Positions 39,744 through 49,895 of a stretch of DNA of 58,138 nucleotides are shown here, piece after piece. The stretch spans positions 1-58,138 of the forward strand of contig CBDVEP010000003.1 of NCBI GenBank assembly GCA_965373035.1, given 5' to 3'. The position numbers and the translations under genes were made by a program. The notes beneath the pieces are model-generated. The model was not told where the DNA came from, searched no databases, and worked only from the letters and a program-made list of their open reading frames with translations. The stretch is from an uncultured bacterium. Lineage in GTDB: Bacteria; Spirochaetota; JAHITG01. Position 1 is the stretch's first letter. Each line of letters begins with the position of its first letter.

Positions 39744-41096
39744 ATGAATATAAAACAATTAAAACTTTTTATTATTGGTTTATTTTCTATTTTAATTTTT
39801 ACAAACAGTTCGTATGGTATGGATTTCAAATTAAAAATTGATCCTTTAGCTCAACAACTTATTAAAGATGGGATTGCTGTGGGATTCACAATAGGTCTTT
39901 ATAAAGATAATAAAATACAAGTGATCTCTTATGGGGAAAAGATAAAAGGAAAAGGTATAAAACCTGATGCAAATACTGTATATGAAATAGGGTCTATCAG
40001 TAAGGTCTTTACTGGAATCTTATTGACCTCTATGATCGAAAAGGGAACAGTGAAGTTAGATGAATCCATACAAAAATATCTATCTGATCCTAAATATAAA
40101 TCTATTACATTCAAACATCTCGCTACACACACATCAGGATTACCTCGTATGCCTGAAAATTTTAAGCCAAAGGATCCTTTCAATCCCTATGCAGATTACA
40201 CTATAAAAAAAATGATGGATTTCCTTAAGGGATATTCCTTAAACAAATCTACTGGAGAATACGTGTATTCTAATTTAGGCATGGGACTGTTGGGATATCT
40301 ATTAGCCAAAAAAATGAATATGTCCTATGAGAATTTACTCATAAAATTTATTACTAAACCTCTTAATATGAATGACACCTGCATTACTTTAAATACTAAT
40401 TTACAAAAACGATTAGCTTCACCCTATGATATCACTCTCAATCGAGGAAAAAACTGGGACATCCCTGCTTTAGCTGGTGCTGGGGCGATTAGGTCTACCT
40501 GTAACGATATGCTGAAATTCATTAAAGCCAATTTAAAAAAGAATAACACCTTATTATCGAAAGCTATTCAATCCTCTCATAAAAAATATCATACCATGAA
40601 AAATGGATTAGCCATAGGATTGGGCTGGCACATTGCCAGAGACAATATTACACTCTGGCATAATGGTATGACAGGTGGTTATGCTGGATGGTTAGCTGTT
40701 ATTCCCAGCAAAGATATTGGGGTGATCGTACTGGCTAATACAGCAACCATGCGTATAACAGAGTTTGGAGAACAAGTAACTCGCATACTTTTTGGAATCG
40801 AGGTAATGTCTTTCCCTTCTAGAAAAATTGTAGATGTTGATCAAAAAATTTTAGAGTCGTATACAGGTTATTATACTATGACTCCTGAGTTCGGATTAAC
40901 CATTACTGTCGAGGATGATAAATTAATGGTACAGGCAACCGGTCAAAGTAAATGTCAGGTCTTTGCTGAGTCAGATATAAAATTTTTCTATAAAATTGTA
41001 GATGCTCAAATCACATTTATTTTGGATGAGAAAGGAAAAGTAATTAAACTTATCCTCCATCAGAATGGACAAGACATGAAAGCGATTCGCAAGTAA
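39744..41096 (+). CDS. Beta-lactamase-family serine hydrolase with C-terminal DUF3471-like domain
   Basis: Signal peptide; EIGSISK (SxxK), LATHTSGLP, YSN and WHNGMTGG motifs. Confidence 0.9.
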   Translation: MNIKQLKLFIIGLFSILIFTNSSYGMDFKLKIDPLAQQLIKDGIAVGFTIGLYKDNKIQVISYGEKIKGKGIKPDANTVYEIGSISKVFTGILLTSMIEKGTVKLDESIQKYLSDPKYKSITFKHLATHTSGLPRMPENFKPKDPFNPYADYTIKKMMDFLKGYSLNKSTGEYVYSNLGMGLLGYLLAKKMNMSYENLLIKFITKPLNMNDTCITLNTNLQKRLASPYDITLNRGKNWDIPALAGAGAIRSTCNDMLKFIKANLKKNNTLLSKAIQSSHKKYHTMKNGLAIGLGWHIARDNITLWHNGMTGGYAGWLAVIPSKDIGVIVLANTATMRITEFGEQVTRILFGIEVMSFPSRKIVDVDQKILESYTGYYTMTPEFGLTITVEDDKLMVQATGQSKCQVFAESDIKFFYKIVDAQITFILDEKGKVIKLILHQNGQDMKAIRK

Positions 41097-41180
41097 ATAA
41101 AAATGGGAATAACACTCAAAGTAATGTTTTATAAAAAAAAGGGGATAACTGTCCGATTACATCAATAGTCTGAATAATTA

Positions 41181-41579
41181 TTATTTTGATGATATTGTTT
41201 TTATTTCAAATTCTGGTGGAGTATATAAATGCTTTTTAACAGAACACAATTCAGCAGATGATATAACTGCTTGTTTATATTTTTCTGGAAATTCAGGTGG
41301 AAGCTGTATATCTATCATAATTTTATCTATCATTTTAGTTTCAGTATTTTTTTCTGTATGTAAGATTAATTTAATATTTTTTGTAGAAATATTTCGTTTA
41401 TTACAGAAAGAAAGCACATAAATACCAGCACAGGTTCCAATAGAGGCTAAAAATAAATCAAAAGGTTGTGGAGCTGAACCTTTCCCGCCATTTTCTTTTG
41501 ATTGGTCTGTTTGGATTTTAAATCCCTTATAAAGAGCATCTACTTTTTTTCCATCAGGAAAAATAATTTTCATATCCAT
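41181..41579 (-). CDS. OsmC family protein
   Basis: TDQS..GG.GSAPQPFDLFLASIGTCAG and LCSVKKHL motifs. Confidence 0.9.
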   Translation of the reverse strand: MDMKIIFPDGKKVDALYKGFKIQTDQSKENGGKGSAPQPFDLFLASIGTCAGIYVLSFCNKRNISTKNIKLILHTEKNTETKMIDKIMIDIQLPPEFPEKYKQAVISSAELCSVKKHLYTPPEFEIKTISSK

Positions 41580-41642
41580 ATTTACTTTCCTTTTTGATTA
41601 ATGGGACAATTGTCGAGGGAAATTGTCCTATTACCTTTTTAA

Positions 41643-42713
41643 TTAAACAAGTTGTTGATACACTTCTAATGTTTTTCTTGCTGTTTTTTCCCATGTGAAA
41701 TTTTTAATATGCTTTAGTCCTTTATTTCTTAATGTTTGCTTTAATTTTTTATTATGCAGAAGGTGTAATGTTTTATCAGCAATTTCATCATAATCAAAAG
41801 GATTAACATATACCACAGCATCACCACCTGCTTCAGGCATTGCTGTGATGTTTGAAGTAATCACAGGACACCCACAGGCTAAGGCTTCCAGAATGGGTAT
41901 GCCGAAACCTTCATAATATGAAGGGAATATAAACAGTTCAGCATTTTGATAAAATAAAGGAAGCTTATTATTTGGTATATAATCAAGTTCAATTATAGAG
42001 TTATTTATAGGACTTTTTTTAATAAATGCTCTGATTTCTTCTCCTGCATAACCATTTTTTCCTGCTAAAATTAAATATAAATCTTTTTCTTTTTTATGAA
42101 TTTTTTCAAAGCTTTTGATAATAGTAAAAAGATTTTTTCGTTTTTCAATATTTCCAACAAAAAACAAATACCTTTTTGGTAAATTATTGCTTTTAATGAA
42201 ATCAGGACTTTTCAGTCCAGGTTTGAAAAGATTTGAATTAACACCGTGATAAACAGGAGTAATTTTATCTTTTTTAATTGGAAAATATTTTAAAAGTTCT
42301 TTTTTTGTGAATTCAGAAACTGTTATAATCCAATCTGATTTGTAAATGGCTTTGGTTAATTTAGGCATTTGCTGTTTTTTAAATCGTGTAGAAGTATAAT
42401 CTTCTTTTTTAGCTACAACTATGTCATGAATAGTAATAAGACATTTACTTTTTCCTATTTTAATATATTTAAAAGAAGGGTCGTGGAATATATCAGGTTT
42501 ATTTTTATTGAAAATAGATAGTTTAGGTTCAAAGCTAAGTGATGGAACATTGAAGTTTAGAAATTGGTTTTTCTTTATTTTTTTTCTGTAATAAAGATAA
42601 TACTTGTTTTTTTTATCTATTGTTAAAAGATTACTTATAAGATTAAGAATATAATTTCCTATTCCAGTAGGTTTTTCACAGGCAGCATAAGATGCATTAA
42701 TACCTATTTTCAT
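41643..42713 (-). CDS. Glycosyltransferase family 4
   Basis: TGIGNY, TIHD, VSEFTK, RKN and FPSYYEGFGIPILEALACG motifs. Confidence 0.92.
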   Translation of the reverse strand: MKIGINASYAACEKPTGIGNYILNLISNLLTIDKKNKYYLYYRKKIKKNQFLNFNVPSLSFEPKLSIFNKNKPDIFHDPSFKYIKIGKSKCLITIHDIVVAKKEDYTSTRFKKQQMPKLTKAIYKSDWIITVSEFTKKELLKYFPIKKDKITPVYHGVNSNLFKPGLKSPDFIKSNNLPKRYLFFVGNIEKRKNLFTIIKSFEKIHKKEKDLYLILAGKNGYAGEEIRAFIKKSPINNSIIELDYIPNNKLPLFYQNAELFIFPSYYEGFGIPILEALACGCPVITSNITAMPEAGGDAVVYVNPFDYDEIADKTLHLLHNKKLKQTLRNKGLKHIKNFTWEKTARKTLEVYQQLV

Positions 42714-42786
42714 AAAAATAATAATATTAGTTATAATTTTAAGTTCAATATTATTTTTTAAGAGGTAAAAAAAGAGGTAAAAAATG

Positions 42787-42815
42787 TTGACAAGATGTTT
42801 GAAATGTATTATTAT
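42787..42815 (+). promoter_or_regulatory. Probable sigma70 promoter of the rnf operon
   Basis: TTGACA, 17-nt spacer, TATTAT. Confidence 0.55.
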
Positions 42816-42851
42816 AAAATTCTGTTTTATTATTGATATGGAAAAAGTTAT

Positions 42852-44174
42852 ATGAAATTTGCAGATTTAAAAGTCAGATCATTTGAATTGGGTGGTATTC
42901 ATCCGGAAGAAAATAAACAATATGCTAAAGATCATTTTATTGAAAATTTTCATATTCCTTATAAAGTAATTATTCCTTTATCCCAGCATCTGGGTAAACC
43001 AGCTAAACCACTTGTTAAAAAAGGTGATTTTGTATCAGAAGGACAGTTAATAGGGGAAAAAGATGGGAAGTTTTCTGCTAATATTTATTCCAGTATTCCT
43101 GGTAAGGTTTTAGATGTTGGAGCATATCCTTCTCCAAACAATCAGAAAGCACCTTCTATTGTTATTCAACTGGAAGGGGAATTTAAAAAAGGAAAAGAAG
43201 AGCAAACAGACTGGCAAAAACTAAAAAAAGAAAAGATTATAGAAAGAATTACTCGATCTGGTATAGTAGGGATGGGTGGAGCTGCTTTCCCTACAGACAT
43301 AAAATTATCCATTCCACCGGGTAAAAAAGTTGATACTCTTATTATTAATGGAGTGGAATGTGAACCTTTTTTAACCTGTGATTACAGGTTAATGATAGAG
43401 AGAACTAATGAAATTATTGAAGGTATAAAGATTTTAAAAAAAGTACTAAATGTTAAAAAAATTTTTATCGGGATTGAATTAAATAAAAAAGATGCTATTA
43501 TGAAGTTTATTAAGGCTGTTTCTAGAAAAGGTATGGAAGTTATCCCATTAAAAGTTAAATACCCCCAGGGAGGGGAAAAGCAGTTGATAAAAGCTATTAC
43601 AAAAAAAGAAGTACCCTCAGGAGGATTACCTTTTGATGTGGGTGTAGTTGTTTATAATATAGGAACAGTCCTTGCTGTCCATAATGCTGTTGTTTTTCAA
43701 AGACCGTTTATTGAACGGGTTGTTACTGTTACAGGTGATATAGTAAAAAAACCTGGAAATTATAAAATTAAAATTGGTACAACTCTTAAAGAAATAATTG
43801 ATGAAGTTGAATTAAAACAGGATGCTGGAAAGATTATTTTTGGAGGCCCTATGATGGGACTTTCTGTTACTTCTCCTGAAACCCCTGTTACAAAGGGAAC
43901 ATGTGGTATTTTGTTTTTAAGTAAAAAACAAGAAAAAAAAATAAAATATGATAAATACAGAGATTGCGTGCATTGTTCCAAATGCTTAAAGTCCTGTCCT
44001 GCAGGGCTTAATCCAGCTATGTTAAGTATTTTAAGTGAAAAAGAAAAGTATGAAGATATGTCTGAATATAATATTAATGATTGCATGGAATGCGGCTGCT
44101 GTAATTATGTATGTCCTGCAAACAGACCCATTGTACAGCTTATTAAATTAGGAAAATTAAATCAAAACAAATAA
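42852..44174 (+). CDS. rnfC: Rnf complex subunit C
   Basis: GGIHP, GMGGAAFPT, NGVECEP, YPQGGEKQ and GGPMMG motifs; two 4Fe-4S motifs. Confidence 0.96.
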   Translation: MKFADLKVRSFELGGIHPEENKQYAKDHFIENFHIPYKVIIPLSQHLGKPAKPLVKKGDFVSEGQLIGEKDGKFSANIYSSIPGKVLDVGAYPSPNNQKAPSIVIQLEGEFKKGKEEQTDWQKLKKEKIIERITRSGIVGMGGAAFPTDIKLSIPPGKKVDTLIINGVECEPFLTCDYRLMIERTNEIIEGIKILKKVLNVKKIFIGIELNKKDAIMKFIKAVSRKGMEVIPLKVKYPQGGEKQLIKAITKKEVPSGGLPFDVGVVVYNIGTVLAVHNAVVFQRPFIERVVTVTGDIVKKPGNYKIKIGTTLKEIIDEVELKQDAGKIIFGGPMMGLSVTSPETPVTKGTCGILFLSKKQEKKIKYDKYRDCVHCSKCLKSCPAGLNPAMLSILSEKEKYEDMSEYNINDCMECGCCNYVCPANRPIVQLIKLGKLNQNK

Positions 44175-44207
44175 ATTTATTAATTTTATTATAATTAAGG
44201 AAAGATA

Positions 44208-45194
44208 ATGTTAAAAACAAGTATTTCACCTCATATTCATTCTAATGAGAGTATTGCAAGTTCAATGTGGAATGTTAATATGGCACTTTTACCTGCTCTG
44301 GCAGCTTCAGTTTATTTTTTTGGTATGAGGGCTTTGTGGCTTGTTATTATCAGTGTAGTTACTGCTTTATTTTCAGAGATTTTTATGCAGATAATATTAA
44401 AAAAGCGTATTACTGTTTTTGATGGATCTGCTGTTATAACAGGTATTCTGGTTGCTTTTAACATGCCTCCTGCTGTACCTTTTTATGTGCCGATTGTTGG
44501 AACATTATTTGCCATTATTGTAGTAAAGCATCTTTTTGGGGGGCTGGGAAATAATATATTTAACCCGGCATTAGCCGGCAGGGTCTTTGTTATGTTTGCA
44601 TGGCTTCCTGAAATGACAACATGGAATATGCCGCTTGATCCTGAATGGATTAATCAATTTAATTTTTTTAATATTAAAATTGATACAATTACATCTGCTA
44701 CTCCATTAGCTGTTAATAAATTAAAAGGTATTAATGGATTAATTAAAGAGTTTGGAAGTAGATTTAATCTTTATAAACAGTTATTTTTAGGAAATGTAGG
44801 AGGGTGTATTGGTGAAACATCTGCCCTGGCAATTTTAATTGGTGGTTTTTATTTAATTATAAGAAAAGTTATAACATGTGTTATTCCTTTTTTTTATCTA
44901 TTAACTGTATTTTTTATTTCGATTTTAGCAGGGAATGACCCTGTTTTTCATCTTTTAGCCGGAGGCTTATTTTTAGGTGCATTTTTTATGGCAACAGATT
45001 ATGTTGCCAGTCCATTTACTTTAAAGGGAGCGGTTATATATGCTGTAGGGTGCGGATTACTTACAGCTTTATTGCGATTAAAGGGAGGATTGCCTGAAGG
45101 AGTGAGCTTTTCCATACTTTTAATGAATGCATTAACACCTTTGATTGATAGATATACCCGAACAAAAATTTTTGGCAACAAGAGGAAACAATAA
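44208..45194 (+). CDS. rnfD: Rnf complex subunit D
   Basis: SPHIH, FGGLGNNIFNPA, FMN-attachment TSATPL, IGETS and FMATD motifs. Confidence 0.96.
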   Translation: MLKTSISPHIHSNESIASSMWNVNMALLPALAASVYFFGMRALWLVIISVVTALFSEIFMQIILKKRITVFDGSAVITGILVAFNMPPAVPFYVPIVGTLFAIIVVKHLFGGLGNNIFNPALAGRVFVMFAWLPEMTTWNMPLDPEWINQFNFFNIKIDTITSATPLAVNKLKGINGLIKEFGSRFNLYKQLFLGNVGGCIGETSALAILIGGFYLIIRKVITCVIPFFYLLTVFFISILAGNDPVFHLLAGGLFLGAFFMATDYVASPFTLKGAVIYAVGCGLLTALLRLKGGLPEGVSFSILLMNALTPLIDRYTRTKIFGNKRKQ

Positions 45195-45197
45195 TTT

Positions 45198-45806
45198 ATG
45201 ACCCATTGGAAAGAATTTACAAAAGGGATCATTAAGGAGAATCCAACTTTTATATTAATGCTTGGTCTTTGTCCTACACTTGCTGTTTCTAATTCAGTTA
45301 TAAATGGAGTTGGAATGGGTGTTGCAACTATGTTTGTTCTTCTTGGTTCTAATATCATTGTATCTCTTTTAAAAAATTTCATACCTGATAAAATTCGAAT
45401 ACCAGCTTATATAGTAGTTATCGCTACATTTGTAACAATTGTAGATTACACTCTTAATGCTTATGCCCCTTCTCTGCATAAGGAACTGGGGATATTTATT
45501 CCTTTAATAGTAGTTAATTGCATTATCCTTGGCAGAGCTGAAGCATTTGCCAATAAAAACAGCCTGGGGAAATCCATATTAGATGCACTTGGTATGGGGT
45601 TTGGTTTTACTTTTTCTCTTGTTTTTATTGCATTAATAAGAGAAGTTTTAGGTGCAGGGACTATCACTCTTAAAATTCAGGATTACGGCTGGATATGGGA
45701 AGTTCCTGTTAAACCAATGGCTATTATGATTTTACCACCAGGAGCATTTATAACAATAGGTGTTTTAATGGGAATTATGAATTTTTTTATAAAGAAAAAA
45801 GAATAA
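45198..45806 (+). CDS. rnfE: Rnf complex subunit E
   Basis: ENP, LGLCPTLAV, IRIP and IPLIVVNCIILGRAEAFA motifs. Confidence 0.96.
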   Translation: MTHWKEFTKGIIKENPTFILMLGLCPTLAVSNSVINGVGMGVATMFVLLGSNIIVSLLKNFIPDKIRIPAYIVVIATFVTIVDYTLNAYAPSLHKELGIFIPLIVVNCIILGRAEAFANKNSLGKSILDALGMGFGFTFSLVFIALIREVLGAGTITLKIQDYGWIWEVPVKPMAIMILPPGAFITIGVLMGIMNFFIKKKE

Positions 45807-45822
45807 ATTATAGGAGCTTGCA

Positions 45823-46404
45823 ATGGAGCATTATTTTATAATTATAGTAAGTGCAGCAATAATTAACAATTTTGTCTTATCCCGATTCCTGGGGGTGTGT
45901 CCATTTATAGGAGTTTCCAAGAAAATGGATTCAGCACTTGGAATGGGTATGGCTGTTATTTTTGTTTTGACTTTATCTTCTGTTATTACTTATTTATTAA
46001 ACACTTATCTTCTTATTCCATATAACATTGTTTTCCTGCGAACACTTACTTTTATTCTTGTAATTGCAACTTTAGTTCAGCTTGTAGAAATGTTTATCCA
46101 GAAAGTATCTCCACAACTTTATAAGGCATTGGGTATATATTTACCATTAATTACAACAAATTGTGCAGTATTAGGAGCAGCCCTTATAAATATTAAAGAT
46201 AATTTTAATCTTTTAGAAAGTGCAGTTAATGGACTGGGAGCAGGAATTGGATTTGCTCTGGCTTTAATTATTATGTCAGGGATCAGGGAGCGTCTGGAAC
46301 TTGCTAATGTGCCTAAAAGTTTTAAAGGAGCACCCATTGCTTTTATTACAGCAGGACTTTTATCATTAATTTTTTTATGTTTTAAAGGAATTATTGCAGG
46401 GTAA
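45823..46404 (+). CDS. rnfA: Rnf complex subunit A
   Basis: NNFVLSRFLGVCPF and LPLITTNCAVLG motifs. Confidence 0.96.
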   Translation: MEHYFIIIVSAAIINNFVLSRFLGVCPFIGVSKKMDSALGMGMAVIFVLTLSSVITYLLNTYLLIPYNIVFLRTLTFILVIATLVQLVEMFIQKVSPQLYKALGIYLPLITTNCAVLGAALINIKDNFNLLESAVNGLGAGIGFALALIIMSGIRERLELANVPKSFKGAPIAFITAGLLSLIFLCFKGIIAG

Positions 46405-47220
46405 GTGAGTTTTATGATAAATTTATTATTTATTTCAGGTGCAAGCGTAGGAATATTAGGGTTATTATTTGGAGCTATTTTAGCTTTTGCAGCAAAAAAG
46501 TTTAAGGTAGAGCATGACCCTCGTATTGAAAAAATAGAAGAGATATTACCAGGTGCTAATTGCGGAGCTTGTGGATTTGCAGGATGCTTAGCTTATGCTG
46601 CGGCTATTGTTGAGAAAGGGGTTCCAATAACAGCTTGTGCTCCTGGTGGAAATAAAATAGTCCAGGCTATATCAAAAACTATTGGTAAAGATGCTGGTGT
46701 GAATGAGTCTTGTGTAGCTGAAGTTCGCTGCAAAGGTGATAAGGATACAGTTGCTGCAACAGGAGAATATAAAGGGGTTGAGACTTGTTTTGCTGTTCAT
46801 AATGCAGGCGGGGATAAAGCCTGTGCTTATGGATGCCTTGGATATGGAGATTGCGAGAAGATATGCCCTTTTAATGCAATTCATGTAAAAGAAAATGGAC
46901 TGCCGGAAGTTGATGAGGAAAAATGTACAGGCTGTGGTTTATGTGTAAGTGCATGCCCAAGGAATATTATTGAATTAGTCCCAAGAGATGCTTATTTTTT
47001 TATTAAATGTGTTTCCAAAGATTTTGGTGTAAGAGTATCTAAAGTTTGTAAAAAAGGTTGTATAGGCTGCAGTATATGTGTCCGGGTAAATAATAATGAA
47101 GGGATAACAATGGAGGAAAATTTACCTGTTGTAGATTATAAAAATTTCAAAGGGGACAGCACAGGGGCTGAAAAATGTCCTCCAAAAGTCATTGAGTTTA
47201 GAGAAGATAAAAGGAAGTAA
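46405..47220 (+). CDS. rnfB: Rnf complex subunit B
   Basis: LPGANCGACGFAGC, CAPGG and multiple ferredoxin motifs. Confidence 0.95.
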   Translation: MSFMINLLFISGASVGILGLLFGAILAFAAKKFKVEHDPRIEKIEEILPGANCGACGFAGCLAYAAAIVEKGVPITACAPGGNKIVQAISKTIGKDAGVNESCVAEVRCKGDKDTVAATGEYKGVETCFAVHNAGGDKACAYGCLGYGDCEKICPFNAIHVKENGLPEVDEEKCTGCGLCVSACPRNIIELVPRDAYFFIKCVSKDFGVRVSKVCKKGCIGCSICVRVNNNEGITMEENLPVVDYKNFKGDSTGAEKCPPKVIEFREDKRK

Positions 47221-47273
47221 TTCAAATTACTATTTTTCATTGAAATATCATTTAGATTTAGTTTATTATTAGT

Positions 47274-48770
47274 ATGTTTAAAATATTTATTTTTTTATTA
47301 TTAACTGCTATGCCATTATATTCTGTACCACCATCACCTAAAATATTAAAAAATGTAAGAGAATCCAAATGGCCACTTCCTTTTTCTGTTGTTTTTACTG
47401 AACCAGCAGGCAGGAATCTTATTCCAGGGCAGTTTTATTTCCCTTCAGCAAAAGAAAAGATACTGGTTATATTAACTGAATTTTCTGATTATAAATTTAA
47501 CCATAATCAGCCTGTTAATAAAACGTATGGAAATACTTATAATAAAAATTATTTTTCACGGTTAATTTTTGGAGGAGATTTTAATAAAAAAATTATATAT
47601 AATAAAAAATATAATTCCCTGAAAAGATATTTTTTAGAAATAAGTTATAATCAATGTGAATTAATAGGTGGTATTATACAGGTTACTTTAAATAAAGAGA
47701 AAGCATATTATACAGAAGATAGTAATATGGAAGTAGATAATAAAAATGCAGTATATTATCAAATCATAAAGGATGCAGTATTAAAAGCAGAGGATAATAT
47801 TGACCTCAGCCCTTATGATTATGATCAGGATGGTTATATAGACCATGTTATGGTTATTGCTTCTACACCTAACCAGGCAGCATATAAGCAGACAGAGGAT
47901 GTAAGAAAAAATTGTATCTGGCCTAAAAGAGTATTGTTTACTGACTCTTCTGAAATATTAACACTAAATAATGGGAAAAAACTAGGATGGGGAGTTATTA
48001 TAACTTTTGATTCTTCTGTAGGAGTGGCAGCACATGAGTTTTTTCATGAATGTGGTGCTTTTGATTTGCATGACCCGGACTGGGGAACCTGGAAATATCA
48101 GGATGATAATGATTATCCTGTCACTTACTGGGGATTAATGGGAAGCATGGGCCCATGGAATTGCAAAGAAGGGCAGAATCCAGGAGATTGTCCCAGTCAT
48201 CCTCTGGGTTTTCATAAATGGAAGATGGGCTGGATTGAACCTGAAACAATTGTTAAATCACAAAAAATTAAAGTGAAAGCTATTGAGAAACACCAGAAAA
48301 ATTGTCTGTATAAAATTGATGTTTTTAATACAGGCGGTAATGAATATTTTTTACTGGAGAACAGGGAACCATCTCTTTCTACTACTTATTATGATAAATA
48401 TTTTTATGATAATATCCAAATGGATGCTGGAATTATTATCACTCATGTTGATGAAAATATGTTTTATAATTATTATGATAATTTTTATATGATTAACTGG
48501 AGTACACCTGAATTTGATCATTATGCTGTCAGGATTTTAGATACACAGCCGTTTTTTTGTGGTTTTTATGATGAAAGGAAAATTGATGCAGCTTTTTCAA
48601 AACAAGACCTGCAGATAAATTGTACTCCTTTTCATTCCTATGGAAGCATGTCCTCATATAAATATGGTAAAGATTCATATATCATTATAAAGGATATTAG
48701 TTCTTCAGGTGAAGTTGTAAAAGCAACTGTTACTTTAAAAACAAACATAAAACAAAAAGAAGCTAAATGA
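47274..48770 (+). CDS. M6 (immune inhibitor A-like) metalloprotease
   Basis: YDYDQDGYIDH, AHEFFH, WGLM, KWKMGWI, EYFLLENR and HVDE motifs. Confidence 0.88.
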   Translation: MFKIFIFLLLTAMPLYSVPPSPKILKNVRESKWPLPFSVVFTEPAGRNLIPGQFYFPSAKEKILVILTEFSDYKFNHNQPVNKTYGNTYNKNYFSRLIFGGDFNKKIIYNKKYNSLKRYFLEISYNQCELIGGIIQVTLNKEKAYYTEDSNMEVDNKNAVYYQIIKDAVLKAEDNIDLSPYDYDQDGYIDHVMVIASTPNQAAYKQTEDVRKNCIWPKRVLFTDSSEILTLNNGKKLGWGVIITFDSSVGVAAHEFFHECGAFDLHDPDWGTWKYQDDNDYPVTYWGLMGSMGPWNCKEGQNPGDCPSHPLGFHKWKMGWIEPETIVKSQKIKVKAIEKHQKNCLYKIDVFNTGGNEYFLLENREPSLSTTYYDKYFYDNIQMDAGIIITHVDENMFYNYYDNFYMINWSTPEFDHYAVRILDTQPFFCGFYDERKIDAAFSKQDLQINCTPFHSYGSMSSYKYGKDSYIIIKDISSSGEVVKATVTLKTNIKQKEAK

Positions 48771-48797
48771 AAATAATAGATATCCCCGGAGGCAATA

Positions 48798-49895
48798 ATG
48801 AGAAAGAGATTAATAAAGCTGTTAATATTTTTTATTTTTATAATAACAGGTTTTAATTTATGGGGGAAGTCAGACAAAGAGCAGGATACAATGAAAGCAG
48901 AAAGAGGATTTCTGCCTATACCTATTTTTTTTTATTCACCTGATACTGGACTTGGAGGAGGAATAGCCGGTCTTTATTATCATTATCCATATGATATTTT
49001 ACAGCATAAACCAAACCAGGTAACAGGCAGTATAATTTATACAACAAAAGAGCAGTTAGAATTAGATTTAAATCTGGAAAGGTATTTTAAAGGAAGTGAA
49101 TATAAATTATTTTTAGATTTAGGGTATTTTAGAACTCCTGCGAGTTTCTTTGGAATTGGTCCGGATACCCCGGATGACTGTAAAGAAACATATACACAAA
49201 TTTTATATAAAATTTCAGGAAGTTTTCTGTGGGAAATATATAACTGTTTATATATAGGGCCAGCTTATGAATTTTCACATTATGATATTAAAGAAAAAGA
49301 AACAAACGGTTTTCTTGCTTATGGGAATATTATAGGCAGTAAAGGGGTTACTGTTTCTGGCGGGGGTATTCAATTAATATGGGATAAAAGAGATAATGCC
49401 TTTTATCCCTTAAAAGGGTTTTATATTAATTTAACCCCTTTTTTTTATCATAAAATCATTGGAAGTGATGAAAATTTTTATAAAGTTGATTTTGATAGCA
49501 GATATTTTTTTCAGTTAGTTGAAAAAAATGTACTTGCTTTTAATTCTATTATAAAAATTACAAAAGGCTCTGTTCCATTTCAACTTCTCCCAAAGCTGGG
49601 AGGCGCAACAATGATGCGCGGATTTTTAAAAGGCAGGTATATAGACAGAAATTACATTGCTTTTCAGGGAGAGTACAGGTTCCCTCTTTTCTGGAAATTA
49701 GGCGGTGATTTATTCGGCAGTTTAGCACAGGTTGCACCTGAAGTGGATGAATTTACAACAGAGAACTTAAAAGCAGCTTGTGGATGCGGTGTCAGGTTAA
49801 CTGTTGACAAAAGTGAACATGTAAATATTCGATTTGATGTTGCTTTTAATGGGTCTGATTTTAATTTTTATTTTAATATGCTGGAAGCTTTTTAA
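48798..49895 (+). CDS. Omp85/BamA-TamA family outer-membrane protein
   Basis: YSPDTG, WDKRDN, LGGATMMRGF and EYRFPL motifs; C-terminal EAF. Confidence 0.85.
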   Translation: MRKRLIKLLIFFIFIITGFNLWGKSDKEQDTMKAERGFLPIPIFFYSPDTGLGGGIAGLYYHYPYDILQHKPNQVTGSIIYTTKEQLELDLNLERYFKGSEYKLFLDLGYFRTPASFFGIGPDTPDDCKETYTQILYKISGSFLWEIYNCLYIGPAYEFSHYDIKEKETNGFLAYGNIIGSKGVTVSGGGIQLIWDKRDNAFYPLKGFYINLTPFFYHKIIGSDENFYKVDFDSRYFFQLVEKNVLAFNSIIKITKGSVPFQLLPKLGGATMMRGFLKGRYIDRNYIAFQGEYRFPLFWKLGGDLFGSLAQVAPEVDEFTTENLKAACGCGVRLTVDKSEHVNIRFDVAFNGSDFNFYFNMLEAF

